Position numbers and translations under genes: made by a program
Origin: an uncultured Thermoleophilia bacterium
GTDB taxonomy: Bacteria; Actinomycetota; Thermoleophilia; Gaiellales; Gaiellaceae
DNA: 64,000 bases
Direction of reading: 5' to 3'
Assembly (NCBI GenBank): GCA_963717955.1
Contig: CAVQXR010000002.1
Location: 371,256 to 435,255 of the forward strand
The notes under the pieces: generated by a model
What the model saw: only the letters and a program-made list of their open reading frames with translations
Databases searched by the model: none
What the model was told of the DNA's origin: nothing
Shown: positions 1 to 9,166 of the stretch, in pieces
Layout: each line of letters opens with the position of its first letter
How positions within the stretch are numbered: position 1 is the first letter of the stretch

Positions 1-877
1 CGACGATCTCGTGCCCGAGCCGCTCGAGCAGGCCGGCGGTCCCCTCGCAGGCGAGTCGTACCTCCTCGATCGCCGGGCGGGCCGACCACGGCTCCCACGC
101 GAAGGCGATGCGCAGCGGACCGACGGGCGCGCCCACCTCCTCCGACCAGGGCCGAGCGGGAGGAGGTGCCATGCTCGGGTCTCCCGGGAGCGGGCCGGCC
201 AGCGCATCGAGGCAGGCGGCAGTGTCCCGGACGCTGCGCGTGAGCACGAAGTGGACGGCCCAGCCGAGCAGCGGCTCGCCGATCGCGGGACCCCAGGTGA
301 CCCGCCCGCGCGTCGGCTTCAGCCCGACGACGCCGCAGGCCGATGCGGGGATCCGGATCGAGCCGCCTCCGTCGCTTCCCGTCGCGACCGGGACGATCCC
401 GGCGCCCACGACGGCTCCCGCTCCTCCGCTCGACCCCCCGGCCATGTGCTCGCCGCTCCATGGCGTGCACGTACGACCCTGCGCGATGGTCTCCGTCGTC
501 CCCATGATCCCGAACTCCGAGGTCGTCGTCCGGCCGAGCGGCACGAACCCCGCTTCCTCGAGGCGGCGGACGAGCTCGGACTGGGTGCGCTGCACCCAGC
601 CGGCTGCCAGCCGTGAGCCCGCTTCCGTGGGGCGGCCCGCGTCCCCGTGGAACAGATCCTTGAGGAGCGTCGGAACGCCGCGAAACGGCCCGTCCGCCGC
701 CTCGCCCGCCAGCTCGGCGGCATCGTCGTACACGCCTACCACGGCGTTCAGCTCGGGATCGACGCGCTCGACAGCGGCAATGGTCAACGCCGCCAGCTCC
801 TCGGGAGTCACGTCTCCGTCGCGGACGAGCTCCGCGAGCGCGATCGCGTCGAGGACGGCGTACTCGTCCAGGCGCAT
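1..877 (-). CDS. amidase-signature family amidase; C-terminal end lies beyond the window start
   Basis: Own reverse-strand translation from ATG (877-875) gives MRLDEYAVLDAIALAELVRDGDVTPEEL...SGEHMAGGSSGGAGAVVGAGIVPVATGSDGGGSIRIPASACGVVGLKPTRGRV. GGSSGG and GSDxGGSIRxPA motifs are present. The frame stays open to base 1, so it is absent from the ORF track. Confidence 0.85.
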   Translation of the reverse strand, partial: MRLDEYAVLDAIALAELVRDGDVTPEELAALTIAAVERVDPELNAVVGVYDDAAELAGEAADGPFRGVPTLLKDLFHGDAGRPTEAGSRLAAGWVQRTQSELVRRLEEAGFVPLGRTTTSEFGIMGTTETIAQGRTCTPWSGEHMAGGSSGGAGAVVGAGIVPVATGSDGGGSIRIPASACGVVGLKPTRGRVTWGPAIGEPLLGWAVHFVLTRSVRDTAACLDALAGPLPGDPSMAPPPARPWSEEVGAPVGPLRIAFAWEPWSARPAIEEVRLACEGTAGLLERLGHEIV

Positions 878-924
878 CGGGACATCGTAGATGGGCCGGC
901 CGCGGCCCCCTCTACTATGAGCCA

Positions 925-2010
925 ATGGGCCCGGACGCAAGCCGCCGGACGGACGAGACCCGCCGCTCGATCTCGGTCACCTTCCGCTCGGTCGTCGAGG
1001 AACGTCCCGGGCCCCGGTTCCGCGAGCTGTTCGACGGGTCGTGGCCGGCGTACCGGAGCTGGTTCCTCCGCGACGGCGAGCATGCTCGACCGACCTTTTC
1101 CGAGTGCGCTCGGGCGCTGCGGACGTACGTCCCCGAGCTCGTGCCGGCGTACGAGCGCCTCGTCGAGACGTGCGGCGGCGGCGACCTGGAGGCGCGGTTT
1201 CTCAGCCAGTGGCATCCGCCCACGTTCTTCGCGGCCTGCTCGATGGCGACCGTGACGACGAACGAGGGGCCCGCGCTCGTCCGCAACTACGACTACGTCC
1301 CGGCCCTCTGCGAGACGACGCTCCTCACGTCGGCGTTTTCGGGAAGGCGCACGACCGTCATGACCGACTGCCTCTGGGGCGCCCTGGATGGCGTCAACGA
1401 GGATGGCCTCGCGGTCGCCCTCTCCTTCGGCGGGCGCCGGGCCGTCGGGCGCGGCTTCGCGATCACCCTGCTTCTCCGCTACCTGCTCGAGCACTGCCGG
1501 GACGTCTCCGACGCGCTGGAGGCCTCGCCCGCGGTGCCCGTCAACATCTCGTACAACGTCGCCATGGTCGACCGCTCGGGCGCGGCGGCGCTCGTGCAGC
1601 TCGCGCCCGACCGGGAGCCGGTGGTCGTCCACGGTACGGCCTACGCGGCGAACCGCCAGGGGGCCACCGAGTGGCACGAGCATGCGGTCATGTCCGAGAC
1701 CGTGGCCCGGGAGGCCAGGCTCGCGGGCGCTCTCGCCGAGCCGTCGCTGACCCGCGAGGCCCTCGAGCGGGTGTTCCTCGAGGAGCCCGTCTACCGGCCT
1801 CTCGCCCGGCACACCTGGGGGACCGTGTACACCGCGTCGTATGACGCCGCGGCGGCGGCGGTTCGCCTGCTGTGGCCCGACGACGCGTGGGAGATCCACC
1901 TCGGCGACCCTCACGAGGGGACGCGCACCCGTGAGACCGACTACACGCTGCCGCCCCTGCTGGAACGCAGCAACGAGATCCCGCACACCCCGCAGGTGAT
2001 CTTCGCCTGA
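925..2010 (+). CDS. peptidase C45 / acyl-CoA:6-aminopenicillanic-acid acyltransferase-like Ntn hydrolase
   Basis: 361-aa ORF in the track. FFAACSMATV (candidate nucleophile Cys), VRNYDY and WGALDGVNEDGLAVALSFGG resemble the C45/AAT family as I remember it. Start not verified. Confidence 0.55.
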   Translation: MGPDASRRTDETRRSISVTFRSVVEERPGPRFRELFDGSWPAYRSWFLRDGEHARPTFSECARALRTYVPELVPAYERLVETCGGGDLEARFLSQWHPPTFFAACSMATVTTNEGPALVRNYDYVPALCETTLLTSAFSGRRTTVMTDCLWGALDGVNEDGLAVALSFGGRRAVGRGFAITLLLRYLLEHCRDVSDALEASPAVPVNISYNVAMVDRSGAAALVQLAPDREPVVVHGTAYAANRQGATEWHEHAVMSETVAREARLAGALAEPSLTREALERVFLEEPVYRPLARHTWGTVYTASYDAAAAAVRLLWPDDAWEIHLGDPHEGTRTRETDYTLPPLLERSNEIPHTPQVIFA

Positions 2011-2050
2011 ACCGGTTGAAGTGCCGGCGGCGAGCGTGTAGCGTCGTCGT

Positions 2051-3517
2051 GTGGGAACGCAGGGCGAGGTGGCTCACCGCTCGGCGCGTGCGCAGCTGAG
2101 CGGGCTTTCGGACGTGTTCCGCTTCGCGCGGTCGAGCCCGACTCCCTTCTACTTCGTCTCGCCCACGCCGTACAACATCCTCGGCATCGACCAGTGGATC
2201 GGCAGCTTCGAGTACATCGCCTACTTCGACAGCTTCGACGGGCACCACCCTCACGTGTTCGTACCGCGGTACGAGGGGCATCGCGATTTCGCGACGTTCG
2301 AATCCGTCAACACCTGGCTGCTCGGGCACAAGGACGTCGTCGATCGGGTGGGCGCCCGGGGCGGCGGCAAGGTCGTCTTCGTCATGTTCGAGGAGGAGAC
2401 GGAGGAGCTTGCGGCCGAAGTCGGTCTCGAGATCGCGTTGCCGGCCCGGACGCTTCGCGAGCGCATCGACTCGAAGATCGTGACGACGCAGCTCGCGAAC
2501 GAGGCCGGGATCAGCTCGGCCCCGAACGTGCTCGCCCGCGCCGAGAGCTACCAGGAGCTGCTCGAGCTCGCTCGGGCCAGCGGGCTCGGCGGGGACCTCG
2601 TCGTCCAGACGCCGTACGGCGATTCCGGGCGCACGACCTTCTTCATCTCGTCGCAGGAGCTCTGGGACGGATGCGCCGAGAAGCTCGCCGGCGAGGAGCT
2701 CAAGATCATGCGCCGGATCGAGCATCTCCCGGGCACGGTCGAAGGTTGCGCCACCCGTCACGGAACCCTCGTGGGGCCGATCCAGACGGATCTGACGGGC
2801 TTCGAGGAGCTGACACCCTACCGGGGCGGCTGGTGCGGCAACGACCTGTTCCCGGGGGTGTTCGACGAGTCGACGCGCGAGGCGATCCGCTCGATGGTCC
2901 GCCGGCTCGGGGAGACGCTCTACGAGCATTCCTACCGGGGCGTCTTCTGCGTCGACTTCCTCGTCGAGAACGGGACCGGGGAGGTCTACCTGGGAGAGAT
3001 CAATCCGCGGGTCTCGGGCGCCAGCCCTCTGACGAACCTGATCACGTCGAAGTACGGCGGCGTCCCGCTCTTCCTCTTCCACTTCCTCGAGTTCATGGAC
3101 GTGGACTGGGAGGTCGATCTCCAGGCGGTCGAGGAGCGCTGGCGCGACTACGACGAGTGGAGCCAGCTCGTGCTCAAGCAGACCGAGGACGTCACCGAGG
3201 CGATCACCTCCGCTCCTCCGAGCGGGCTGTGGGAGATGCGCGGCGGGCGGCCGCAGTTCGTCAGCCCCGTTACGACCTGGCACACGGTGGGGCACGAGGA
3301 CGAGGCCTTCTACCTCCGCGTGTACGGCGCCGGCGAGTACCGGTACGAGGGTGCGGATCTCGGCGTGATCGTGACCCGCGGGCGCATGCAGACAGACGAC
3401 CGGCAGCTCACAGACCGAGCCCGCGGCTGGGCCGAGGGAATCACATCATGCTTCTCCGGTCGGCCCGTGGACGAGCTGCCGCCGGTGCCGGAGCCGGTCT
3501 ACACGAAGTGGTTCTAG
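2051..3517 (+). CDS. ATP-grasp domain protein (carboxylate-amine ligase-like)
   Basis: 488-aa ORF with GTG start. DLVVQTPYGDSGRTTFFI and YRGVFCVDFLVENGTGEVYLGEINPRVSGAS match the ATP-grasp core pattern. Confidence 0.7.
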   Translation: MGTQGEVAHRSARAQLSGLSDVFRFARSSPTPFYFVSPTPYNILGIDQWIGSFEYIAYFDSFDGHHPHVFVPRYEGHRDFATFESVNTWLLGHKDVVDRVGARGGGKVVFVMFEEETEELAAEVGLEIALPARTLRERIDSKIVTTQLANEAGISSAPNVLARAESYQELLELARASGLGGDLVVQTPYGDSGRTTFFISSQELWDGCAEKLAGEELKIMRRIEHLPGTVEGCATRHGTLVGPIQTDLTGFEELTPYRGGWCGNDLFPGVFDESTREAIRSMVRRLGETLYEHSYRGVFCVDFLVENGTGEVYLGEINPRVSGASPLTNLITSKYGGVPLFLFHFLEFMDVDWEVDLQAVEERWRDYDEWSQLVLKQTEDVTEAITSAPPSGLWEMRGGRPQFVSPVTTWHTVGHEDEAFYLRVYGAGEYRYEGADLGVIVTRGRMQTDDRQLTDRARGWAEGITSCFSGRPVDELPPVPEPVYTKWF

Positions 3518-3599
3518 TGGCTCCGGCGCGACGGGGCGTGGAGAGCCGGCCCAGACTCGTCGTCGAGCGCATGTCGCCGAAGCCCGAAGGAGGGGTTCG

Positions 3600-4679
3600 A
3601 TGAAGTTCAGCTACGCGTCCCTGCCCGACCACCCCGTGACGGAGATCGTCGACACGATCGCGCTCGCCGACGAGCTCGGCTTCCACGGCGCGTACATGGC
3701 AGACGAGACCTACCACAAGGACGGCTGGCTGATCGCGGCCGTCGCCGCGACCCGCACGAAGCGCATCCGGCTCAGCCCGTGCGTCACGCACGTGATCCTC
3801 AAGGAGCCCACGATCCTCGCGCACACGATCGCGACCCTCGACGAGCTGTCGAACGGCAGAGCCGAGTGCGTCTACTCGGTCGGCAACATCGCGATGCTCG
3901 AGCAGTACCACGTCGACTGGAAGACCGGGGGCCAGATCAGGCGGCTGCGCGAGGCCCACCATGTGATGCGCACGATGCTCGACGACGGCAAGATCGATTT
4001 CGAGGGCGAGTTCTACAAGTACACGGGGCTCTTCACGTCCGCCCGCCCCGTGCAGGAGCACGTCCCGCTGAAGATCGGCGCGATGCGCGGCCCGAAGTCG
4101 TTCGAGCTCGCCGGCGAGATCTCCGACGGTATGCACCAGGCGCTCGCCTACTCGAAGGAGGCGATGAGCTACGCGAGCGAGCACGTGCGCCTCGGCGCCG
4201 AGCGTGCTGGCCGCGACGCGTCGAAGCTCGACCTCGGCGCCTGGATGGTGACGTCGATCTCCGAGAACGGCGAGGCGGCGAAGCAGGCGGCCCGCGTCGT
4301 CGTCGCGTTCTATATCCCGGCGATGCCGCGAGAGCAGATCGAGCGCCACGGGATCGATCCCGAGAGCGTGCAGCCGATCATGGACGCCTTCAACGTCGGC
4401 GACGTCGAGAAAGCGGTCGAGCTGACGACGATGGAGCTGACGGAGAAGCTCTCGATGTCGGGCTCGCCCGACGAGTGGGTCGAGCGCGTCGAGGGAGAGG
4501 TGATCCCGAGCGGGTTCGACCACATGATCTGCGCCCCGATCGACCCGTACCTGGTCGAGGCCTGGTCGGGGATCAAGGTCGAGGGCGTCCCGAACCAGCA
4601 GGGCCAGCTGCGGCTCATCCACGACAGGGTGATGCCCGAGGTCGGCTGCGGACTTGCCGCCCTGCGCCAGGGGGCGTAG
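3600..4679 (+). CDS. LLM-class (luciferase-like) flavin/F420-dependent oxidoreductase
   Basis: 359-aa ORF. N-terminal MKFSYASLPDHPVTEIVDTIALADELGFHGAYMADE, then LSNGRAECVYSVGN and LKIGAMRGPKSFELAGEISDG, are typical of luciferase-like monooxygenase family proteins. SD-like GAAGGAGG lies upstream. Confidence 0.7.
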   Translation: MKFSYASLPDHPVTEIVDTIALADELGFHGAYMADETYHKDGWLIAAVAATRTKRIRLSPCVTHVILKEPTILAHTIATLDELSNGRAECVYSVGNIAMLEQYHVDWKTGGQIRRLREAHHVMRTMLDDGKIDFEGEFYKYTGLFTSARPVQEHVPLKIGAMRGPKSFELAGEISDGMHQALAYSKEAMSYASEHVRLGAERAGRDASKLDLGAWMVTSISENGEAAKQAARVVVAFYIPAMPREQIERHGIDPESVQPIMDAFNVGDVEKAVELTTMELTEKLSMSGSPDEWVERVEGEVIPSGFDHMICAPIDPYLVEAWSGIKVEGVPNQQGQLRLIHDRVMPEVGCGLAALRQGA

Positions 4680-4721
4680 TGTGCCGCCCCTGGGGACAAA
4701 GCGGGAAGGAGGTGGCCGGCG

Positions 4722-5567
4722 GTGAAGCCTGCCCCGTTCACGTACGTGGCCGCCGAGACGGTCGACGAGGCCGTCGCGGCGCTCGGCGAGCACGGCGACG
4801 AGGCGAAGATCCTGGCGGGAGGCCAGAGCCTCGTGCCGCTCATGAACCTCCGCCTGGCGGTGCCGGGCGTGTTGATCGACGTCAACCGGGTCGCCGGCCT
4901 GCGGGGAATCTCGGTCAACGGCACGGTCGAGGTGGGCGCGGTGACGCGGCAGGCAGCGCTCGAGCGCTCGGCCGAGGCGCAGGCTGCCGCCCCGCTGACC
5001 GGTGAGGCGCTCCGCCACGTCGCGTTCCCCGGCGTGCGCAGCCGCGGCACCGTGGGGGGCAGCATGGCCCACGGCGATCCGGCGGCCGAGCTGCCCGCGG
5101 TTCTGCTCGCCCTCGGGGGCGAAATCGTCGCCCGCGGGCCGTCGGGCACGAGGACGATCGCGGCCGACGACCTCTTCGTCACCTACTTCACGACCGCGCT
5201 CGCGCCCGACGAGGTGCTGACGCACGTGCGTTTCCCGATGGCCGATCGGACCGGCTTCGCCGAGGTCTCGCGCAAGACCGGCGACTTCGCCCTTGCGGGA
5301 GCGGCGGTGTCGGTGACGATGAGCGGCGACGTCGTCGGATCGGCCCGCATCGCGCTCTTCGGCGTCGCCGACCGGCCGATCCGCGCGAGCGGCGCAGAGC
5401 AGGCGCTCGCCGGACGGACGCCGGCCGAGGCCGCGGCGGACGCCGGCAGGATCGCATCCGAGGAGCTCGAGGCGAAGTCCGACTCGCACGCCTCGGCCGA
5501 CTATCGCCGGCAGGTCGTGGGCGTGCTCGTGCGCCGGGCGGTCCTGCAGGCCGGAGGAGGGGACTGA
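4722..5567 (+). CDS. molybdenum hydroxylase (xanthine dehydrogenase/CO dehydrogenase family) FAD-binding medium subunit, CoxM-like
   Basis: 281-aa ORF. The motif KILAGGQSLVPLMNLRLAVPGVLIDVNRV is characteristic. It ends in ATGA overlap with the next ORF. Confidence 0.85.
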   Translation: MKPAPFTYVAAETVDEAVAALGEHGDEAKILAGGQSLVPLMNLRLAVPGVLIDVNRVAGLRGISVNGTVEVGAVTRQAALERSAEAQAAAPLTGEALRHVAFPGVRSRGTVGGSMAHGDPAAELPAVLLALGGEIVARGPSGTRTIAADDLFVTYFTTALAPDEVLTHVRFPMADRTGFAEVSRKTGDFALAGAAVSVTMSGDVVGSARIALFGVADRPIRASGAEQALAGRTPAEAAADAGRIASEELEAKSDSHASADYRRQVVGVLVRRAVLQAGGGD

Positions 5568-6061
5568 TGCCCATCGTCGTCGAGGGCGAGATCGTCGTTC
5601 GCCTCACCGTCAACGGCGAGGAGCGACGCGGCATCGCCGAGCCGCGCACGCTGCTCTCCGACTTCGTGCGCGGCGAGCTCGGGCTCACCGGGACTCACGT
5701 CGGCTGCGAGCAAGGCGTCTGCGGCTCCTGCACCGTGCGCGTCGACGGGGAGCTCGTCCGCTCCTGCCTCGTCTTCGCGGTTCAGGCGCAGGGCGCGAGC
5801 GTCGAGACCGTCGAGGGCATGGCGAGGGGGGACGACCTCCATCCGATCCAGCAGGCATACCACGAGAAGCACGGGCTCCAGTGCGGGTTCTGCACGCCCG
5901 GGCTGCTCCTCGCGACCGCGGATCTGCTGGAGCGCAACCCGAGCCCGACCGAGGCGGAGATCCGACAGTCGCTGTCGGGCAACGTCTGCCGCTGCACCGG
6001 CTACGTCGGCATCGTCGAGGCCGTCCAGGAAGCGGCCCGCAAGCTCGGAGGGGGGAACTGA
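5567..6061 (+). CDS. (2Fe-2S)-binding small subunit of molybdenum hydroxylase, CoxS-like
   Basis: 164-aa ORF. GCEQGVCGSCTV and CGFCTPG...NVCRCTGY are the two [2Fe-2S] cysteine clusters. Confidence 0.9.
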   Translation: MPIVVEGEIVVRLTVNGEERRGIAEPRTLLSDFVRGELGLTGTHVGCEQGVCGSCTVRVDGELVRSCLVFAVQAQGASVETVEGMARGDDLHPIQQAYHEKHGLQCGFCTPGLLLATADLLERNPSPTEAEIRQSLSGNVCRCTGYVGIVEAVQEAARKLGGGN

Positions 6062-8409
6062 TGGCGACGACCGAGACCGAGCGCACGCCGTACATCGGAC
6101 AGAGCGTCCCGCGGGTCGAGGACGGGAAGTACCTCCGCGGCACGGGGCAGTACGTCGACGACATCTCGCTGCCCGGGATGCTGCACGTGGCGTTCGTCCG
6201 CAGCCCGTTCGCCCACGCGAAGGTGACGAGGGTCGACGCCGAGGCAGCGCGGGCGCTGCCCGGCGTCCTCGACATCATCGTCCCGGCCGACGTCGAGGGC
6301 ATCGTCTTCCACACCTCGCTTCCCCGCGAGGAGGTGAAGGACAACAACCGCCCGATCCTCCCGTCCGAGCGGGTTCGCTTTGTCGGCGAGGCGGTCGCGT
6401 GCGTCGTCGCCACGTCACGCTACATCGCCGAGGACGCGGCCCAGCTCGTCGAGGTGGACTATGAGCCGCTTCCCGCCGTCACGGACGCCGAGGCATCGCT
6501 CGCCCCGGGAGCGACGTTGCTCTACGAGGGCTCGGACACGAACAGCTTCGCGCACATCGAGTTCGAGAACGGCGACGTCGATGCCGCGTTCGCCTCCGCC
6601 GATCGTGTGTTCACGAAGCGATTCCACCACGGGCGCTTCCACGCGCTGCCGCTCGAGGGCCGCGGCCTCGTCGCGGACTGGAACGCCGGCTCGGGCGAGC
6701 TCACGATGTGGACGTCGAGCCAGATCCCGCACCTCGTCCGCACGCTGCTCTCGCTGACGCTCGGGCTCTCGGAGAAGCAGGTCAGGGTCATCGCCCCCGA
6801 CGTCGGCGGCGGCTTCGGGCTCAAGCTCCACCTGTTCCCCGAGGACGCCCTGGTCGTGCTCGCCTCGAAGCGGCTCGGCCGGCCAGTGAAGTGGATCGAG
6901 GATCGCTACGAGGCGCTCGCGGCCAGCCTCCACGCGAAGGAAATCCTCTGCGAGCTGTCGATCGCCACGCAGGCCGACGGCACGTTCGTCGCCATGAAGG
7001 GGCGGTACGTCGGGGACGCCGGCGCCTACGCCGCGTATCCATTCACACCCCTCGTCGACCCGCTATGTGCGGCCGTGATGCTCCCGAGCATCTACGGGAT
7101 CGACGCCGTGCGGTTCGAGGTGGACGCCGCGTACACGAACAAGTGCCCGTCGGGGGCCTACCGCGGCGTCGGCTGGACGAGCGGGCAGACGGCTCGCGAG
7201 GCGCTGATCGACGACATCGCGCGCGAGCTCGACATCGACCCGCTCGAGCTGCGCCTGAAGAACACGATCCCGGATGGTGAGTACGTCTCGGTGACCGGTT
7301 GCCGATACGACGACGGCAGCTTCGCCGCCGCCCAGCGCAAGGCGGCCGAGCTCGTCGACTACGCTGCCTTCCGGACACGGCAGGCCGCAGCCCGCGCAGA
7401 GGGCCGTCACCTCGGGATCGGCTTCTCACCGTTCCTCGAGCCGGGCGGCTGGTCGGGCGAGCTGGCCAAGCGGATGGGCTTCCCGTTCGACTACATGGAC
7501 ACTGCGACGGTCACGGTCGACCCGACGGGCAACGTCGTCGTCAGCGTCGGCCTGCACTCGCACGGGCAGGCGCATGCGACGACCTTCGCCCAGGTGGTCG
7601 CCGACAAGCTCGGCGTGCCGATCGAGAGCGTCAAGATCGTCGAGGGCGACACCGCGGTCGGTGCCTACGGCTCCGGGACGTTCGGAAGCCGCGGCGCCGT
7701 GATCGCGTTCGGATCGATCGCAAGGGCAGCCGAGGAGATCGCCGGCAAGCTGAAGCAGCTCGGTGCGCTCGCGCTCGAGGTGAGCCCCGACGACATCGAG
7801 TTGCGCGACGGCGCAGCCGTGGTCAGGGGCGCACCCGAGAAGTCGTTTCCGATGATCATGCTCGGGCTCACCGCGCACTTCGGCGCGTTCGTGGGTGGGC
7901 GGCGACCCCAGGGCATGGATCCCGTCCTGACCGCGACCCGCTCGTACGATCCGCCCGAGAGCTACGCCAACGGCTGTTGCGTGGCGATCGTCGAGGTCGA
8001 CGTCGAGACCGGCGTCGTCGCGGTCGAGCGGATCGCGTTCGTCGACGACTGCGGGATCATGCTGAACCCGATGGTCGTCGAGGGACAGGTCATCGGGGCC
8101 GCAGCGCAGGGCATCGGCGGCGCTCTGTACGAGGAGTGCCTCTACGACGAGGACGGCAACTTTCTCGCCGGGAGCCTGCTCGATTACCTCTACCCGTCGA
8201 CGATGGAGATCCCGCCGATGGACGTCGATCACATCCAGACGCCCTCGACGGTCACCGAAGGAGGTGTCAAGGGCGCCGGCGAGGGTGGCACGATCGCGGC
8301 CCCAGCCGCCGTCGTCAACGCCGTGGCCGACGCGCTGGGTGTGGCGATCGACCGAACGCCGCTCGACCCGAACCGCGTACTCGGGCTGATCCGCGGCGGG
8401 GACGTCTGA
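6061..8409 (+). CDS. molybdopterin-binding large subunit of molybdenum hydroxylase, CoxL-like (not form I CODH)
   Basis: The track ORF 5881-8409 is trimmed to ATG 6061 (MATTETERTPYIGQSVPRVEDGKYLRGTGQYVDD), which overlaps the stop of the small subunit. The active-site loop reads SGAYRGVGW rather than AYRCSFR. Confidence 0.9.
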   Translation: MATTETERTPYIGQSVPRVEDGKYLRGTGQYVDDISLPGMLHVAFVRSPFAHAKVTRVDAEAARALPGVLDIIVPADVEGIVFHTSLPREEVKDNNRPILPSERVRFVGEAVACVVATSRYIAEDAAQLVEVDYEPLPAVTDAEASLAPGATLLYEGSDTNSFAHIEFENGDVDAAFASADRVFTKRFHHGRFHALPLEGRGLVADWNAGSGELTMWTSSQIPHLVRTLLSLTLGLSEKQVRVIAPDVGGGFGLKLHLFPEDALVVLASKRLGRPVKWIEDRYEALAASLHAKEILCELSIATQADGTFVAMKGRYVGDAGAYAAYPFTPLVDPLCAAVMLPSIYGIDAVRFEVDAAYTNKCPSGAYRGVGWTSGQTAREALIDDIARELDIDPLELRLKNTIPDGEYVSVTGCRYDDGSFAAAQRKAAELVDYAAFRTRQAAARAEGRHLGIGFSPFLEPGGWSGELAKRMGFPFDYMDTATVTVDPTGNVVVSVGLHSHGQAHATTFAQVVADKLGVPIESVKIVEGDTAVGAYGSGTFGSRGAVIAFGSIARAAEEIAGKLKQLGALALEVSPDDIELRDGAAVVRGAPEKSFPMIMLGLTAHFGAFVGGRRPQGMDPVLTATRSYDPPESYANGCCVAIVEVDVETGVVAVERIAFVDDCGIMLNPMVVEGQVIGAAAQGIGGALYEECLYDEDGNFLAGSLLDYLYPSTMEIPPMDVDHIQTPSTVTEGGVKGAGEGGTIAAPAAVVNAVADALGVAIDRTPLDPNRVLGLIRGGDV

Positions 8410-8476
8410 GAGCCGGTCGGTCCGAGCCCGTCAATTCCCACAATGGTGTCACGGAAGTCTCCCGAACTCCCCGCCG

Positions 8477-8509
8477 GTGCCTGGCACGTGCCAGGCACGT
8501 GCCAGGCAC
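8477..8509. repeat. 11-mer gtgcctggcac followed by two tandem copies of its reverse complement gtgccaggcac (hairpin/operator-like)
   Basis: Read directly: 8477-8487, 8488-8498, 8499-8509. It lies between the large-subunit stop (8409) and the cupin start (8569). Confidence 0.8.
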
Positions 8510-8568
8510 CTGGACATGGCTGAATCGGCCCCAGCGGGTCGACCGCAGGCCTCGAGAAGGGAGAACCG

Positions 8569-9105
8569 ATGACGTCCGAGGCACGTCTAGAGCCGTCGGA
8601 GCACGGGCTCGTGCCCGCGGGCGAGGGCTGGTTCGTCGTCGATGCCCGCGAGGCGTTGTGGCAGGAGCACGACACATTCGGACGCTGGTGCCGCTTCGAG
8701 GGAGCCGCGCGCTTCCCCGCGTTCGGGATCAACATCCACGTCCTCGAGCCCGGCCAGCCGAACTGCATGTACCACGGCGAGGACGAGCAGGAGGACTTCC
8801 TCGTACTCGCGGGGGAATGTCTGCTGCTCGTCGAGGGGGAGGAGCGACGTCTGGGAGCCTGGGACTTCGTCCACTGTCCTGCCTGGACCGAGCACGTCTT
8901 CGTGGGCGCCGGCAACGGGCCGTGCGCGATCCTGATGGTCGGCACCCGGACGCCCGACGCGGGAGTCCGCTATCGGGTCAGCGAGCTCGCGCGTCGCCAT
9001 CGGGCGGGCGTCGCGCACGAGACCGAATCGCCGGACGAAGCCTACGCGGGCACGGGCGATCTGCGACCGGTCGAGTACCGGCCGGGCGATCTGCCCAGCG
9101 GCTGA
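8569..9105 (+). CDS. cupin domain protein
   Basis: 178-aa ORF. GINIHVLEPGQPNCMYHGEDEQEDFLVLAGECLLLVEGEERRLGAWDFVHCPAWTEH fits the two cupin motifs. SD GAAGGGAGA lies upstream. Confidence 0.7.
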   Translation: MTSEARLEPSEHGLVPAGEGWFVVDAREALWQEHDTFGRWCRFEGAARFPAFGINIHVLEPGQPNCMYHGEDEQEDFLVLAGECLLLVEGEERRLGAWDFVHCPAWTEHVFVGAGNGPCAILMVGTRTPDAGVRYRVSELARRHRAGVAHETESPDEAYAGTGDLRPVEYRPGDLPSG

Positions 9106-9166
9106 CGGCCCGGCTCGACCGGGCCGGACCCGCCGACCGCGGGCCCGAAGGACCCGCACAGAACGT

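Noticed and set aside
3514-3526. ctagtggctccgg at the ATP-grasp stop codon, resembling a solo terminus of the repeat family
   Set aside because: Only 13 nt match and no partner terminus or core lies nearby. CTAG here is partly the TAG stop codon. This may be chance, or the kind of CTAG target the element uses.
3441-5489. Very long ORFs antisense to or out of frame with good genes (for example 3441-5489 minus 682 aa, 808-1986 minus, 1688-3295 minus, 7299-9479 plus, 9867-11789 plus, 30458-32419 minus)
   Set aside because: They are Arg/Pro/Gly/Ala-rich and low in complexity, with no motifs, and each overlaps a gene with clear family signatures. Stop-poor shadow frames of this kind are typical of roughly 70% GC DNA.
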